Shown piece by piece: positions 23,747 through 32,000 of a stretch of DNA of 32,000 bases. The stretch spans positions 660,001 through 692,000 of the forward strand of contig MGBH01000001.1 in assembly GCA_001790095.1 (NCBI GenBank). The letters run 5' to 3'. Numbering within the stretch: the stretch's first letter is position 1; each line of letters opens with the position of its first letter. Source of the DNA: Candidatus Saccharimonadota bacterium. Its GTDB lineage: Bacteria; Patescibacteriota; Microgenomatia; UBA1406; GWC2-37-13. The translations under genes were made by a program, and so were the position numbers. The notes beneath the pieces were generated by a model. The model was not told where the DNA came from. It saw nothing but the letters and a program-made list of their open reading frames with translations, and did no database searches.

Positions 23747-23856
23747 AGTATGAGTATAGCAAGAAGTTAGTATAAAGTATTAAGTAGAAAGTTGCATACG
23801 GTGTCTATCGCCTCAATACTTACTACTTACTACTTGCTACTTTCTACTATTACTTA
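23747..23856. repeat. heptad-phased imperfect palindrome (unit AGTANNN / TACTNNN)
   Basis: AGTA/AGTT occurs at 23769, 23776, 23783 and 23790. TACT occurs at 23817, 23824, 23831, 23838 and 23845. The non-repetitive centre is TGCATACGGTGTCTATCGCCTC. Confidence 0.75.
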
Positions 23857-24219
23857 TTTGTGCATTTTTTTTTCGCACGCGATGCAAAATCGTGCCTCAG
23901 GCACCAATTCCATGCGCACAAGAGGGATTACCTCATTACACTTTTCGCATACACCATATCTACCTTTCTGTATGCGTGTGGTTGCAACCTTTAAATCTTG
24001 AAGTCTTGTTTGAAGGTCTTTTATCTCAGCCTCAACAGTCTCATGCCCCACCTGCTCTCTCACGTCGGTATCAATCGCAGCGTTATCCGATGCATGGTCA
24101 GGATCAGAAAAGGGATCGTCTTTCTTCAATTGTTCAATTTGAAGAATTATTTTTTTTTGCTCCTCTTCTATCTTTTTTTTTTGCTTTACTATGAATGCTT
24201 TTGAAACTCCTTTTGACAT
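23854..24219 (-). CDS. DksA/TraR-family C4 zinc-finger protein
   Basis: C-terminal YGVCEKCNEVIP...ARFCIACEKK (CxxC-17-CxxC) after a coiled-coil N-terminal part. Confidence 0.8.
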   Translation of the reverse strand: MSKGVSKAFIVKQKKKIEEEQKKIILQIEQLKKDDPFSDPDHASDNAAIDTDVREQVGHETVEAEIKDLQTRLQDLKVATTRIQKGRYGVCEKCNEVIPLVRMELVPEARFCIACEKKMHK

Positions 24220-25006
24220 ATTGAATGGTTAAATTTTTAAAATCTTTCACTCTTCCTAATATAAGGCCTCTGAAATAATACACAAAATAAAAACTGAATG
24301 TCAAGAGCAAGATGATAGAAATCATCTTGTTAAAACTATAATTTATGAAGTATAAATGATATTGCTTGATATTGTCAAACAGAAAATATATCAATCCCTG
24401 GCCCCACAATAGAAAATATAGTGTAAAACCTTTTTTTAACCTTTCTTTTCGTATCTCAAATAATAACCGATAAGCAATCAGGGTTAAAATAAAAAAAAGT
24501 ATACTTTCATATAAAGGAGTGATATTTCTCATACCGTCCATGTTTGCGTACTTAACAGACAGAATAAACTTTGTCTTCGTCCCAACTTCAAGACCCGAAA
24601 AAAAACTACCGAGTTTCCCAATAGCAAGAGCTAAAAATGCAGGCGGAACAAAATAATCGATTATCTCGGTAAACTTTATTTTTTTGACATAGGTCCACAA
24701 CAAGAGACTTATGATTATGCCCGCATACATACCATAAAGTGAAAATCCCGGATATCCGTTAACCAAAACAATTTTAAGTATATTGAACCCAAATTCGCTG
24801 AAATGCAAAAACACATATATTAACCGCCCAAATAATAATCCTCCAAGTAAGCTATTAAAGAATGCATCAAACATATCTTCTTCTTTAAATGAACTTAAAC
24901 GTATGAGTTTCCAAAGGAGAAAACTAGACCAGAAAAAAGCTAGTACCACAAATACACCCATGGTATATATTTTTATGAATTTTAGATCTAGTAGTACAGG
25001 CAACAT
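24134..25006 (-). CDS. lgt: prolipoprotein diacylglyceryl transferase (Lgt)-like
   Basis: Polytopic protein with GGLLFGRLIYV, AIGKLGSFFSGLEVGTKT (compare GR.GNF.N.E..G) and NITPLYESILFFIL (compare HP.QLYE). Confidence 0.6.
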   Translation of the reverse strand: MLPVLLDLKFIKIYTMGVFVVLAFFWSSFLLWKLIRLSSFKEEDMFDAFFNSLLGGLLFGRLIYVFLHFSEFGFNILKIVLVNGYPGFSLYGMYAGIIISLLLWTYVKKIKFTEIIDYFVPPAFLALAIGKLGSFFSGLEVGTKTKFILSVKYANMDGMRNITPLYESILFFILTLIAYRLLFEIRKERLKKGFTLYFLLWGQGLIYFLFDNIKQYHLYFINYSFNKMISIILLLTFSFYFVYYFRGLILGRVKDFKNLTIQYVKRSFKSIHSKAKKKDRRGAKKNNSSN

Positions 25007-25010
25007 AAAT

Positions 25011-25125
25011 ATATGTTAAATCGCAAATATCAAATGGCAAATCTACATATTACATCTCAAATATATAAAGATCTCATATTTGAGATGTAGATTTGAACTT
25101 TGCGATTTGATATTTGAGATAGATC
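25011..25125. repeat. heptad-phased imperfect palindrome (unit CAAATNN / ATTTGNN), related to 20998-21095
   Basis: CAAAT occurs at 25024, 25031 and 25038; TACAT at 25044 and 25051; ATTTG at 25078, 25091, 25105 and 25112. The right arm 25084-25115 matches 21064-21095 at 27 of 32 positions. Confidence 0.75.
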
Positions 25126-25150
25126 TATAGTTTAGTATAATTTACCCATT

Positions 25151-25729
25151 ATGAAAAAACAACCCTTACGAGTGGGTTTTGATCTTGATGGTGTCCTTTT
25201 ATACAATCCTATTCGCATCGCAAGACCAATCGTTTCTTTTGTTAAAATCTTTTTTTTGAAAAAGAAAAGGCTTCGATTTTACTACCCGAAAACAAGACTT
25301 GAAAAAGAACTTTGGCGACTGGTACATAAATCAAGTATTTATCTTGCTCCCGGAATCGATGACATAAGACATCTCGTTAAAGAAAAAAAGATTGTAGCAT
25401 ACATCGTAACAGCCCGTTATAGTTTCTTAGGAAAAGAGCTAATGGACTGGGTAAAAAAACAAAAACTTGACTTAGTTTTTTCTGAAATTCACTTCAATAA
25501 AAATGATGAACAACCACATGAATTCAAGGAAAAAATGATCAACACATTAAAGCTCGATTTGTTTGTTGAGGATAATTTTGACATAGTAAAACACACTAAG
25601 AAAAAGACCAAAGCCTCAATCGTCTGGATCTATAATATATTTGACCGGGGAATCCAATACCCATACAAATTTCCTTATCTTAAAAAAGCTGTCGAGCATA
25701 TAAAACGGGAAATTTCAAAACACAAATAA
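25151..25729 (+). CDS. HAD-superfamily hydrolase (phosphatase-like)
   Basis: FDLDGVL (DxDG motif I), VTAR (motif II) and a later K...EDN. TATAAT at 25136-25141 lies 9 nt before the ATG. Confidence 0.6.
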   Translation: MKKQPLRVGFDLDGVLLYNPIRIARPIVSFVKIFFLKKKRLRFYYPKTRLEKELWRLVHKSSIYLAPGIDDIRHLVKEKKIVAYIVTARYSFLGKELMDWVKKQKLDLVFSEIHFNKNDEQPHEFKEKMINTLKLDLFVEDNFDIVKHTKKKTKASIVWIYNIFDRGIQYPYKFPYLKKAVEHIKREISKHK

Positions 25730-25730
25730 C

Positions 25731-25815
25731 AAGTTCCAAACAAATCTCAAATTTCAAGCATCAAATGTTTTGAATATTGGAATTTGTTTGTGGTTTGTTA
25801 TTTGTAATTTGATCG
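25731..25815. repeat. heptad-phased imperfect palindrome (unit CAAANNN / TTTGNNN)
   Basis: CAAA/CAAG occurs at 25741, 25748, 25755 and 25762. TTTG ends at 25790, 25797, 25804 and 25811. Confidence 0.7.
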
Positions 25816-25820
25816 ATACT

Positions 25821-26957
25821 ATGAAGATTCTCTTTTTCTCAACATATTTTTATCCCTATATCTCTGGAATCACCACTTCCCCCTATTCTCTCTTATCCCA
25901 TCTTGCAAAAAAAAACAACGTCTCCGTTTTGACATTTCCTCACCTTTCTCATCTATCCAATAGTGAACAAATAAATGGAATTCAAGTTATTCGTATGCCA
26001 TATTTTTTTCGTCTGTCAAAAGGGTTTATCTCTCCACAATCACTTTTCTTTTTTCTTAGACACGTAAGAAGGTCTGATTTGGTAATACTCAATATTCCCA
26101 ATTTTGAAGGATTATTTTTAGCTTTTATATCCTTTCTTTTTAGAAAAAAAATCTATTCATTATTTAACTGCAAAGTTTTTTTGGGACAAGGTATAATGTC
26201 TTCGATTATAAATTACGGGCTTAATCTGTCTATATATATACAACTACTGCTAAGTGAAAAAATCCTCACTTATACAAAAGACTATGTAACAAATATATCG
26301 ATGCCAAATATTTTTCTAAAAAAAACACATTACGTTTTTCCTGTGATAAGTCAACTGGCAATTGACATAAACTATCAAAAAAAACTAAAAAAAATAAAGG
26401 GAAACGCCATATGGTTAGGGTTTATCGGAAGAGTTGCTCGAGAAAAAGGAATTGAGTATATGATTAATACCGTAAAGCTGGTACAAAAAACGTATCCTCA
26501 ACTTGAGCTCATCATAGCAGGTCCATCTGGTAAACAGGTCATTGGCGAAGATGGGTACTATACGTATGTTTTGCAAGCGCTCAAAAAAAGTAAAATTCCA
26601 TATCGGTTACTTAGAAAGCTTACTGAAAAATGTTTAGGAGCATTTTATAGATCGATAGATCTTCTTATTCTGCCCTCTATAAACAAAACCGAAGCATTTA
26701 GCATCGTTCAGGTTGAGGCAATGCTTCTTGGCACGCCTGTTGTCGTCACAAATCTTCCCGGTGTGAGGATACCGACACAGCTTACAAAAATGGGTAAAGT
26801 CGTTGAACCAAAAAATATTACCCAATTAGCAAATGCAATAATATACATATTGCAAAATAAGAAACTGTTCACGAACAAAAAGCTAATAGAAAATGCCGCT
26901 TCTATCTTTAATATCAAAAGAACTTTAAAAGCTTACCAAGATATCATAGAAGAATAA
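25821..26957 (+). CDS. GT4-family (GT-B) glycosyltransferase
   Basis: MKILFFSTYFYP start, GRVAREKGIEY and PSINKTEAFSIVQVEAMLLGTPVVVTNLPG (E-x7-E region). The listed start 25770 lies inside the repeat element. Confidence 0.8.
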   Translation: MKILFFSTYFYPYISGITTSPYSLLSHLAKKNNVSVLTFPHLSHLSNSEQINGIQVIRMPYFFRLSKGFISPQSLFFFLRHVRRSDLVILNIPNFEGLFLAFISFLFRKKIYSLFNCKVFLGQGIMSSIINYGLNLSIYIQLLLSEKILTYTKDYVTNISMPNIFLKKTHYVFPVISQLAIDINYQKKLKKIKGNAIWLGFIGRVAREKGIEYMINTVKLVQKTYPQLELIIAGPSGKQVIGEDGYYTYVLQALKKSKIPYRLLRKLTEKCLGAFYRSIDLLILPSINKTEAFSIVQVEAMLLGTPVVVTNLPGVRIPTQLTKMGKVVEPKNITQLANAIIYILQNKKLFTNKKLIENAASIFNIKRTLKAYQDIIEE

Positions 26958-26975
26958 ACCTACTTATTCATTTTT

Positions 26976-28469
26976 TTATCTAAATGTCTTTTCATAAATT
27001 TCATCAACCGAATCAAGTCGTTGTGCTTCTATTAAAAACTGATATGCAAATAATGAGGGCCAAACCTGGGCTGCATGATAAAGAATAAAATCTAGCAGTT
27101 TAAATACAATATTCTTGTTGGAAAGATCAAAAATGGGGGGGCCAAAATATCGAATATTTTTTACTCTAAATCCATGTTGCTCAAACAATCTTCTAAATGA
27201 ATCTGTGGTAAATAAACGAATATGAGTCAGGTCAAGAATACCCCTTTTTCCATAATTGAACATACCCAATAACAGACTCAGCCTTATTGGCGCATAAGCG
27301 ATATTGCCTGTACTTGCATAGAGAACACCTGAAGGTTTGAGAATATTAAATATTCGTGCGGCTGTCATCTCAGGATTCTTTAAATGCTCAATTACATCAA
27401 GCGCTAAAGCAATATCATATACTCCCCTCCCAAGCTTCTTATCAAAAGCGCTTTCAAGATCGACCATGAGAGCTTTGGCTTTTCCACTCTGTGTAGGCTT
27501 TTTGATATCAACACTTATTACTTTCTTTATTTTTTTGGCAAGTATTGCACTTAGTCTCCCTTCATTAGCTCCAAGATCAATAACTGTTTTTGTTCGATTG
27601 TCTAATGTTTTTATGATGTATTGATGAATTGAAAAGGGAGATCTTTTTAATAAATATGAATTTGCGGTTGATCCATTTGCTATATCAAATTTTGGTTCAT
27701 AAAAGATACCAAATCGAGAAATATTATATTTAATCACTGATTTTAAACACTGAAAAGCATATGAGATTCCATTGACATGACAAATCTCCATGCCATAATA
27801 GGTCGGAATTTTGATCTCACGGATTTGTTTTCCCATGCCAAGAAGTTGAATAATAATCTCAGTATCAAAATGAAATCCATCACTGTTTTTTTCAAAAGGA
27901 ATGGATGAAAGTGCGGCTACTTTATATGCACGATATCCTGAATGAAACTCAGATAAATGAGCATGAAGTAAGGCATTCTCAATATATGTCAAAATAATAT
28001 TACCAATCCACTTATACACGGGCATTTTCCCCTTTAAGGCATCCCATTTATTGATCATTCTTGATCCAAATACTGCATCTATTGAGATGTCATTGAGTGC
28101 ATTTATAATATCGGGGAGCGATTCAGGAGCATATTGACCATCTCCATGAAGGAGAATCACATAATCAAATTTTCTTTTAATCGCATATAAATATCCTAGT
28201 TTCTGATTACCACCATATCCCCTATTGTATGGTGTTTTAAGAATACGGATATGTTTGTATCCCAGATTTTTTGAGGCTATCAAAGCTTTTTTGATGCTTC
28301 TGTCGGTTGATGAATCATCAACGATAAATATTTCTGTAAACTTATTTCTTAATAATACGGGAATTCTTTTTAGCACGTTTTCGATAAAATGTTCCGCATT
28401 ATACATAACGATGAAGATCGCTATTTTTTTTCTTGCTAGAAGTCTTTGCGTTTTGGGATCAAAATTCAT
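26976..28469 (-). CDS. bifunctional GT2 glycosyltransferase / class I SAM-dependent methyltransferase fusion
   Basis: The N-terminal half is GT2 (IAIFIVMYNAEHFI, IFIVDDSSTDRS, LLHGDGQY). The C-terminal half is a methyltransferase (VIDLGANEGRLS, ALDVIEHL). Confidence 0.8.
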   Translation of the reverse strand: MNFDPKTQRLLARKKIAIFIVMYNAEHFIENVLKRIPVLLRNKFTEIFIVDDSSTDRSIKKALIASKNLGYKHIRILKTPYNRGYGGNQKLGYLYAIKRKFDYVILLHGDGQYAPESLPDIINALNDISIDAVFGSRMINKWDALKGKMPVYKWIGNIILTYIENALLHAHLSEFHSGYRAYKVAALSSIPFEKNSDGFHFDTEIIIQLLGMGKQIREIKIPTYYGMEICHVNGISYAFQCLKSVIKYNISRFGIFYEPKFDIANGSTANSYLLKRSPFSIHQYIIKTLDNRTKTVIDLGANEGRLSAILAKKIKKVISVDIKKPTQSGKAKALMVDLESAFDKKLGRGVYDIALALDVIEHLKNPEMTAARIFNILKPSGVLYASTGNIAYAPIRLSLLLGMFNYGKRGILDLTHIRLFTTDSFRRLFEQHGFRVKNIRYFGPPIFDLSNKNIVFKLLDFILYHAAQVWPSLFAYQFLIEAQRLDSVDEIYEKTFR

Positions 28470-28488
28470 TGATTAGAAAAAATGATTG

Positions 28489-28494
28489 TATAAT
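28489..28494 (+). promoter_or_regulatory. -10 box TATAAT, leaderless configuration
   Basis: The TATAAT box (in context TTGTATAAT) ends 6 nt before ATG 28501. Confidence 0.45.
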
Positions 28495-28500
28495 ACATAT

Positions 28501-30822
28501 ATGAGCTTTTTGAAAAAACATTATGTGAATCTTTTCCTTGTTGTCGCGCTTACATTCGTTTTTATATTCCTATTATTTCACAATTTTTTTAAAAATCCAT
28601 TCTATTATTTTGCCTCAGATAATAGCGAAATCTATTTTCCTTCATGGGTTTTTATAAAAACAGCACTTCGTTCGTTTCAATTCCCTCTTTTGAATAGCTT
28701 TTGGTTTGGCGGTTCCTTACCGTTTGCCGCCACTGAATCAAGCGTGTTTTATACACCTTATATGTTGCTCAACATATTAATGGTTAATATAAACAGTCTA
28801 AACACCGCTTATCTTTATTATTTTTATTTGGAAATTCTTCATTATTTTATCGCAAGTATTGGATTCTATTTTTTGCTCAAAGATGGTCTTAAGTTAAACT
28901 CATTTTCATCTATCTTCGGAGCAATTATATATGCATGTAGCGGATCCATGATTGGCCGTTTTGTTCATGTGATCGTCATATTCACTCTAGCTTGGTTGCC
29001 CTATCTGTACTGGTCGTATCTCAAATTCAGCGAAACAAGGAAGCTTATATATGCAACAGGGGTAATCTTATCACTCATCTTTATCATAACCGGAAGTCAT
29101 CCTCAATTTACTTATTATGTATTTATTTTTTTTGGGCTATTCATACTTTATACAACTATAACGATACAAAAAAAGGAACGTTTATATATATTTGTATATT
29201 CTGTTGTTTTAGTTGTATTAGCATGTCTTCTTTCCGCTCCTAAGCTTCTTCTGACCTATGAACTCTCGCAAAATATCGTCCATTCCACTTTGGAAACAAG
29301 TATAAAGAATTTGTACAACTCTCTTCATCCTTTATACTTCCTTACTCTCCTTGTTCCCTATCTTTTTGGAAGACATCAAATCGGTTACTGGGGATCAGAA
29401 TATCCTTGGGGGAACTGGGAAAATTTTATCTATATAGGAATAATTCCTTTTTTTCTCTTTATTTTTGCACTTAGTTACAAAAATAAAAAATACCTTTTTT
29501 TGTTTTTGCTGAATCTCGTTATTGCCGTTTTTTTTCTGTTGGGTAAATATAATGTCGTCTCCATTTTTATGAACCAAAAACTGCCCCTATCCCAAAGCAT
29601 AAGCATGATAAGCAAGATGACGTTTATGTTTCATTTTTTCTTATCCGTTCTTGTTGCAATCGGAATACATATTTTTTGGGAGCAAAAAAACAAACGAAAC
29701 ACATATATTATGCTGTTTGTTGTAACTGCTATTTTTATCTTTACCCTTTTTTATCTAAAAAATAATTTTGAACTCTTGCTTCCATCAAATAGACCGATAC
29801 CCACTCCCTTAGCAAAGGAATTTGCCTCAAAAAACATCTTCGTCACCTTTCTCCTTTTTGGAGGAGGAGCCGCAATCATATGGCTATCTGTTCTTCTTAG
29901 ACGAAAAAAGATTCTTTATGTACTCATACTTGTATATATGGCGGATATATTTATAAATGGAGGATTCTTTAATCCGATTGACTCTGCCCCATCATCTCCT
30001 GACTCATACTTCGGAACCAATACAACAATATCAAAAATAAAAGAAGATCCAGATGTCTTCCGTGTTCACAGCTTAAACCCTCGGAATATAAACATGATCC
30101 AATCGGTTGAGTCCACCTATGGATATCACACTATCGAGACTAAGGCATATCATTTTGTTGTCCCCTACCTTGAAAACAGCAACATTCTTGACTTATTAAA
30201 CGTAAAATATGCGCTTTCAGCCCCTACCCCCCCGTCTCGTTTTATCCAACTACAACCCTCTCTTTGGCTTAATACCTCTTTTTTAAATAGAGTTTCGTTT
30301 ATACCTTCATATCGTTTGGTGGACCAGGTAGAACAAATTGTGCCGGTTTTAACCAGTCAGACTTTTGAGCCCAAAAAAGAAGTCGTCATTCAAAATACTG
30401 ACACAAACACAAAAGCACTTCAAGATTTCAACATCCCTCTTAATAAAAATAATGTGTCACGCGCTACTCCTAAGTCCTCTGTCATCATACATGAAATAAA
30501 ATCAACATACGTAAGGGCAGAGCTTGATGTGTCACACGACGGTTTGGTCCTATTTTCTCAATTCATTTATCCAGGATGGCGCGCTAAAGTGGATGGCAAA
30601 GAACAGACATTGCTTGAGGCAAATGGGTTTCAGTATGCAACTCCCATTCATAAAGGACATCACATGATAGAGTTTTATTTTCAGTCCAACCCTTTGATAT
30701 ACGGAGCGATACTTCAAATAAGCGCCTTGCTGGGAGTCATTTTATTTATAAGCCTCAATAATAAAACGAAAGGCAAACAACTTAAAAAAGGGCAAATCGC
30801 CAAGAAAATAATTGAGTTTTGA
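28501..30822 (+). CDS. large polytopic GT-C-like membrane protein (YfhO-like)
   Basis: More than 12 TM helices followed by an extracytoplasmic C-terminal domain. That domain carries YPGWRAKVDGKEQTL..ANGFQYATPIHKGHHMIEFYF and a final TM, which I recall as the YfhO pattern. Confidence 0.55.
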   Translation: MSFLKKHYVNLFLVVALTFVFIFLLFHNFFKNPFYYFASDNSEIYFPSWVFIKTALRSFQFPLLNSFWFGGSLPFAATESSVFYTPYMLLNILMVNINSLNTAYLYYFYLEILHYFIASIGFYFLLKDGLKLNSFSSIFGAIIYACSGSMIGRFVHVIVIFTLAWLPYLYWSYLKFSETRKLIYATGVILSLIFIITGSHPQFTYYVFIFFGLFILYTTITIQKKERLYIFVYSVVLVVLACLLSAPKLLLTYELSQNIVHSTLETSIKNLYNSLHPLYFLTLLVPYLFGRHQIGYWGSEYPWGNWENFIYIGIIPFFLFIFALSYKNKKYLFLFLLNLVIAVFFLLGKYNVVSIFMNQKLPLSQSISMISKMTFMFHFFLSVLVAIGIHIFWEQKNKRNTYIMLFVVTAIFIFTLFYLKNNFELLLPSNRPIPTPLAKEFASKNIFVTFLLFGGGAAIIWLSVLLRRKKILYVLILVYMADIFINGGFFNPIDSAPSSPDSYFGTNTTISKIKEDPDVFRVHSLNPRNINMIQSVESTYGYHTIETKAYHFVVPYLENSNILDLLNVKYALSAPTPPSRFIQLQPSLWLNTSFLNRVSFIPSYRLVDQVEQIVPVLTSQTFEPKKEVVIQNTDTNTKALQDFNIPLNKNNVSRATPKSSVIIHEIKSTYVRAELDVSHDGLVLFSQFIYPGWRAKVDGKEQTLLEANGFQYATPIHKGHHMIEFYFQSNPLIYGAILQISALLGVILFISLNNKTKGKQLKKGQIAKKIIEF

Positions 30823-31440
30823 AAGCAAATATATACGATTGAAAAGAGGGGGCGGAAACAAACCAAAACCAGATAATTTAATATCCTTAAAACCATACCG
30901 TTTTAACTTCGATATAAGATTAAAATAGCTACATTGCAGTATACCCTTCTCTACTTCCCAATTCCCTCCTATTAAAATGTGTATAAACCAAAATATATGC
31001 CACGCGTTTGGTTCAGAAAAAATAATACGGCCATCCTTTGACAAACTGTCATAAAAATCAGGAAGATAAGATGCAATGTCTACATGGTGAAGAACATCTG
31101 CCCCAATAATTGCCTTTTTATTTTTTTGCTTTGTCAAATCAACAGCAGTTTTTAAATACACACTTTTATGTATGTTTTTGGCGAATAGAACAAGGGTTTT
31201 AAGGGACTGTTTGCTTATATCAACAGCAGTGATCTTATATTTTTTTTGTATAAGAGGTATTGTCACTCTTCCTACTCCCGCACCAAAATCAACTATCTCT
31301 TCTTTTATACCGCCAAGTTTTTTTTTGATTATTTCTAATTCCTCCCTTACATGTCTTTTTGGGTGTAAAAGAAGAGTCTCATCATACTGGTTTTGTTTGA
31401 CGTTGAAAAACGCCCTTTGTTTCGGATCAACGCGCATCAT
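30742..31440 (-). CDS. class I SAM-dependent methyltransferase
   Basis: VDFGAGVGRVTIPL (motif I), AVDIS, GADVLHHV and DGRIIFSEPN. Start MMRVDP at 31440 is preferred over 31506, leaving a 14-nt overlap with the upstream gene. Confidence 0.75.
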   Translation of the reverse strand: MMRVDPKQRAFFNVKQNQYDETLLLHPKRHVREELEIIKKKLGGIKEEIVDFGAGVGRVTIPLIQKKYKITAVDISKQSLKTLVLFAKNIHKSVYLKTAVDLTKQKNKKAIIGADVLHHVDIASYLPDFYDSLSKDGRIIFSEPNAWHIFWFIHILIGGNWEVEKGILQCSYFNLISKLKRYGFKDIKLSGFGLFPPPLFNRIYLLSKLNYFLGDLPFFKLFAFRFIIEAYK

Positions 31441-31939
31441 GGGTTTTTTTTGAGTTCTGAAAAATAAATACTGAAGGATGATCATAGACGGTAAATGACT
31501 CATCAAACCAGTTGTTTAACCAAGACGACGGATGAAAGGGAAAAAATGATTGATAGAATGGAATAAATTTCTGTATTAATTTATACTTTGTCTTCCCATC
31601 AAACAAATCCTTGTAATATTGGCCCATGCGTGGATACTTATCTGGTATCGTTGGAACACTCGCCCAGGCACGATTTGACGAAAGGATGTAGTAATCGGCT
31701 TGTTCAAGCTGTTTTTCTATTTTGTTCCATTTTTCCGGTGTATCCGGATCAAAAACTCCCATTGACTCAATAGTGAACTGTTTATTGTCTTCACCATCAA
31801 GCATCATAGGCAATGCATCATCCCAATATTCAGCTAGTATGACCGATTTCTTCGGGAGATTCTGATGTATCCAAAAAGATGCCTGGTAACGGGTATGTTT
31901 TTGCAGATAAATGCTTGAAAAAATAAGCGACCAAGCCAA
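31427..31939 (-). CDS. extracytoplasmic domain protein (resembles C-terminal region of DUF2298/GT-C-type membrane proteins); may extend beyond window
   Basis: DESFTVYDHPSVFIFQN and SNRAWASVPTIPDKYPRMGQYYKDLFDG resemble DUF2298-type C-termini (from memory). The listed start is a TTG. The frame stays open to base 32000, but that stretch is a heptad repeat. Confidence 0.45.
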   Translation of the reverse strand: MAWSLIFSSIYLQKHTRYQASFWIHQNLPKKSVILAEYWDDALPMMLDGEDNKQFTIESMGVFDPDTPEKWNKIEKQLEQADYYILSSNRAWASVPTIPDKYPRMGQYYKDLFDGKTKYKLIQKFIPFYQSFFPFHPSSWLNNWFDESFTVYDHPSVFIFQNSKKTHDAR

Positions 31940-31940
31940 T

Positions 31941-31990
31941 AATATAAAAAGTATAAAGTATCTAGTATTAAGTATTTTGTATCTTCGAAT
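31941..31990. repeat. heptad-phased array (AGTATNN units), single arm at window edge
   Basis: The array reads AAGTATA AAGTATC TAGTATT AAGTATT TTGTATC. Any partner arm would lie outside the window. Confidence 0.5.
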
Positions 31991-32000
31991 AAACTCCCTT

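Noticed and set aside
1-32000. tRNA, rRNA, tmRNA genes and mobile elements
   Set aside because: No T-arm-like GGTTCGAATCC/GTTCAAATC motifs appear in intergenic regions. No rRNA-like conserved strings are present. No transposase, integrase or recombinase ORFs are present, and no long terminal inverted repeats flank genes.

Overview
The window is a visibly AT-rich, tightly packed bacterial chromosome segment with about 33 protein genes. Several gene pairs show ATGA or GTGTGA start/stop overlaps. I saw no rRNA, tRNA, CRISPR array, transposase or integrase. The gene style suggests a Patescibacteria/CPR-like organism: small genes, peptidoglycan and envelope functions, a four-helix-bundle gene, and GT-C-type membrane proteins. 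This taxonomic placement is inference only. All functional calls come from motif recognition in the supplied translations; no searches were run.

Recognisable content, left to right:
- Cupredoxin, MltG and two alpha/beta hydrolases.
- A GT8-like transferase, an AlkD-like DNA alkylation repair protein and GreA.
- Secreted and lipoprotein genes, an NYN-domain protein and a DsbA-like oxidoreductase.
- A translationally coupled hydrolase / MurF-like / DegT-like operon, followed by FemAB-family and IMPase genes.
- A Cys-rich secreted repeat protein, YebC, a TPR protein and an LCP-like protein.
- A Kef-type antiporter, a DksA/TraR zinc finger and Lgt.
- A glycan-modification cluster: HAD, GT4, GT2-methyltransferase fusion, YfhO-like GT-C and a second methyltransferase.

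Most interesting non-standard signals:
1. A recurring class of intergenic imperfect palindromes has arms built from 7-nt phased units. The unit sequence differs between loci but the architecture is the same.
2. A roughly 210-nt promoter-to-T-run unit (4957-5192) is closed by a 26-bp helix, making it a candidate structured sRNA.
3. A roughly 1.05-kb ORF-free tract (17400-18447) lies next to a four-helix-bundle (Avd/IVS-protein family) gene that is interrupted by a single in-frame TGA.
4. A GC-rich palindrome is inserted in frame in the FemAB-family gene.
5. The MurF-like ligase has its N-terminal domain replaced by transmembrane helices.
6. Many consensus TGnTATAAT boxes sit only 6-10 nt from start codons, implying leaderless or near-leaderless mRNAs.
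7. Coding-strand polarity switches at about 15.7 kb.
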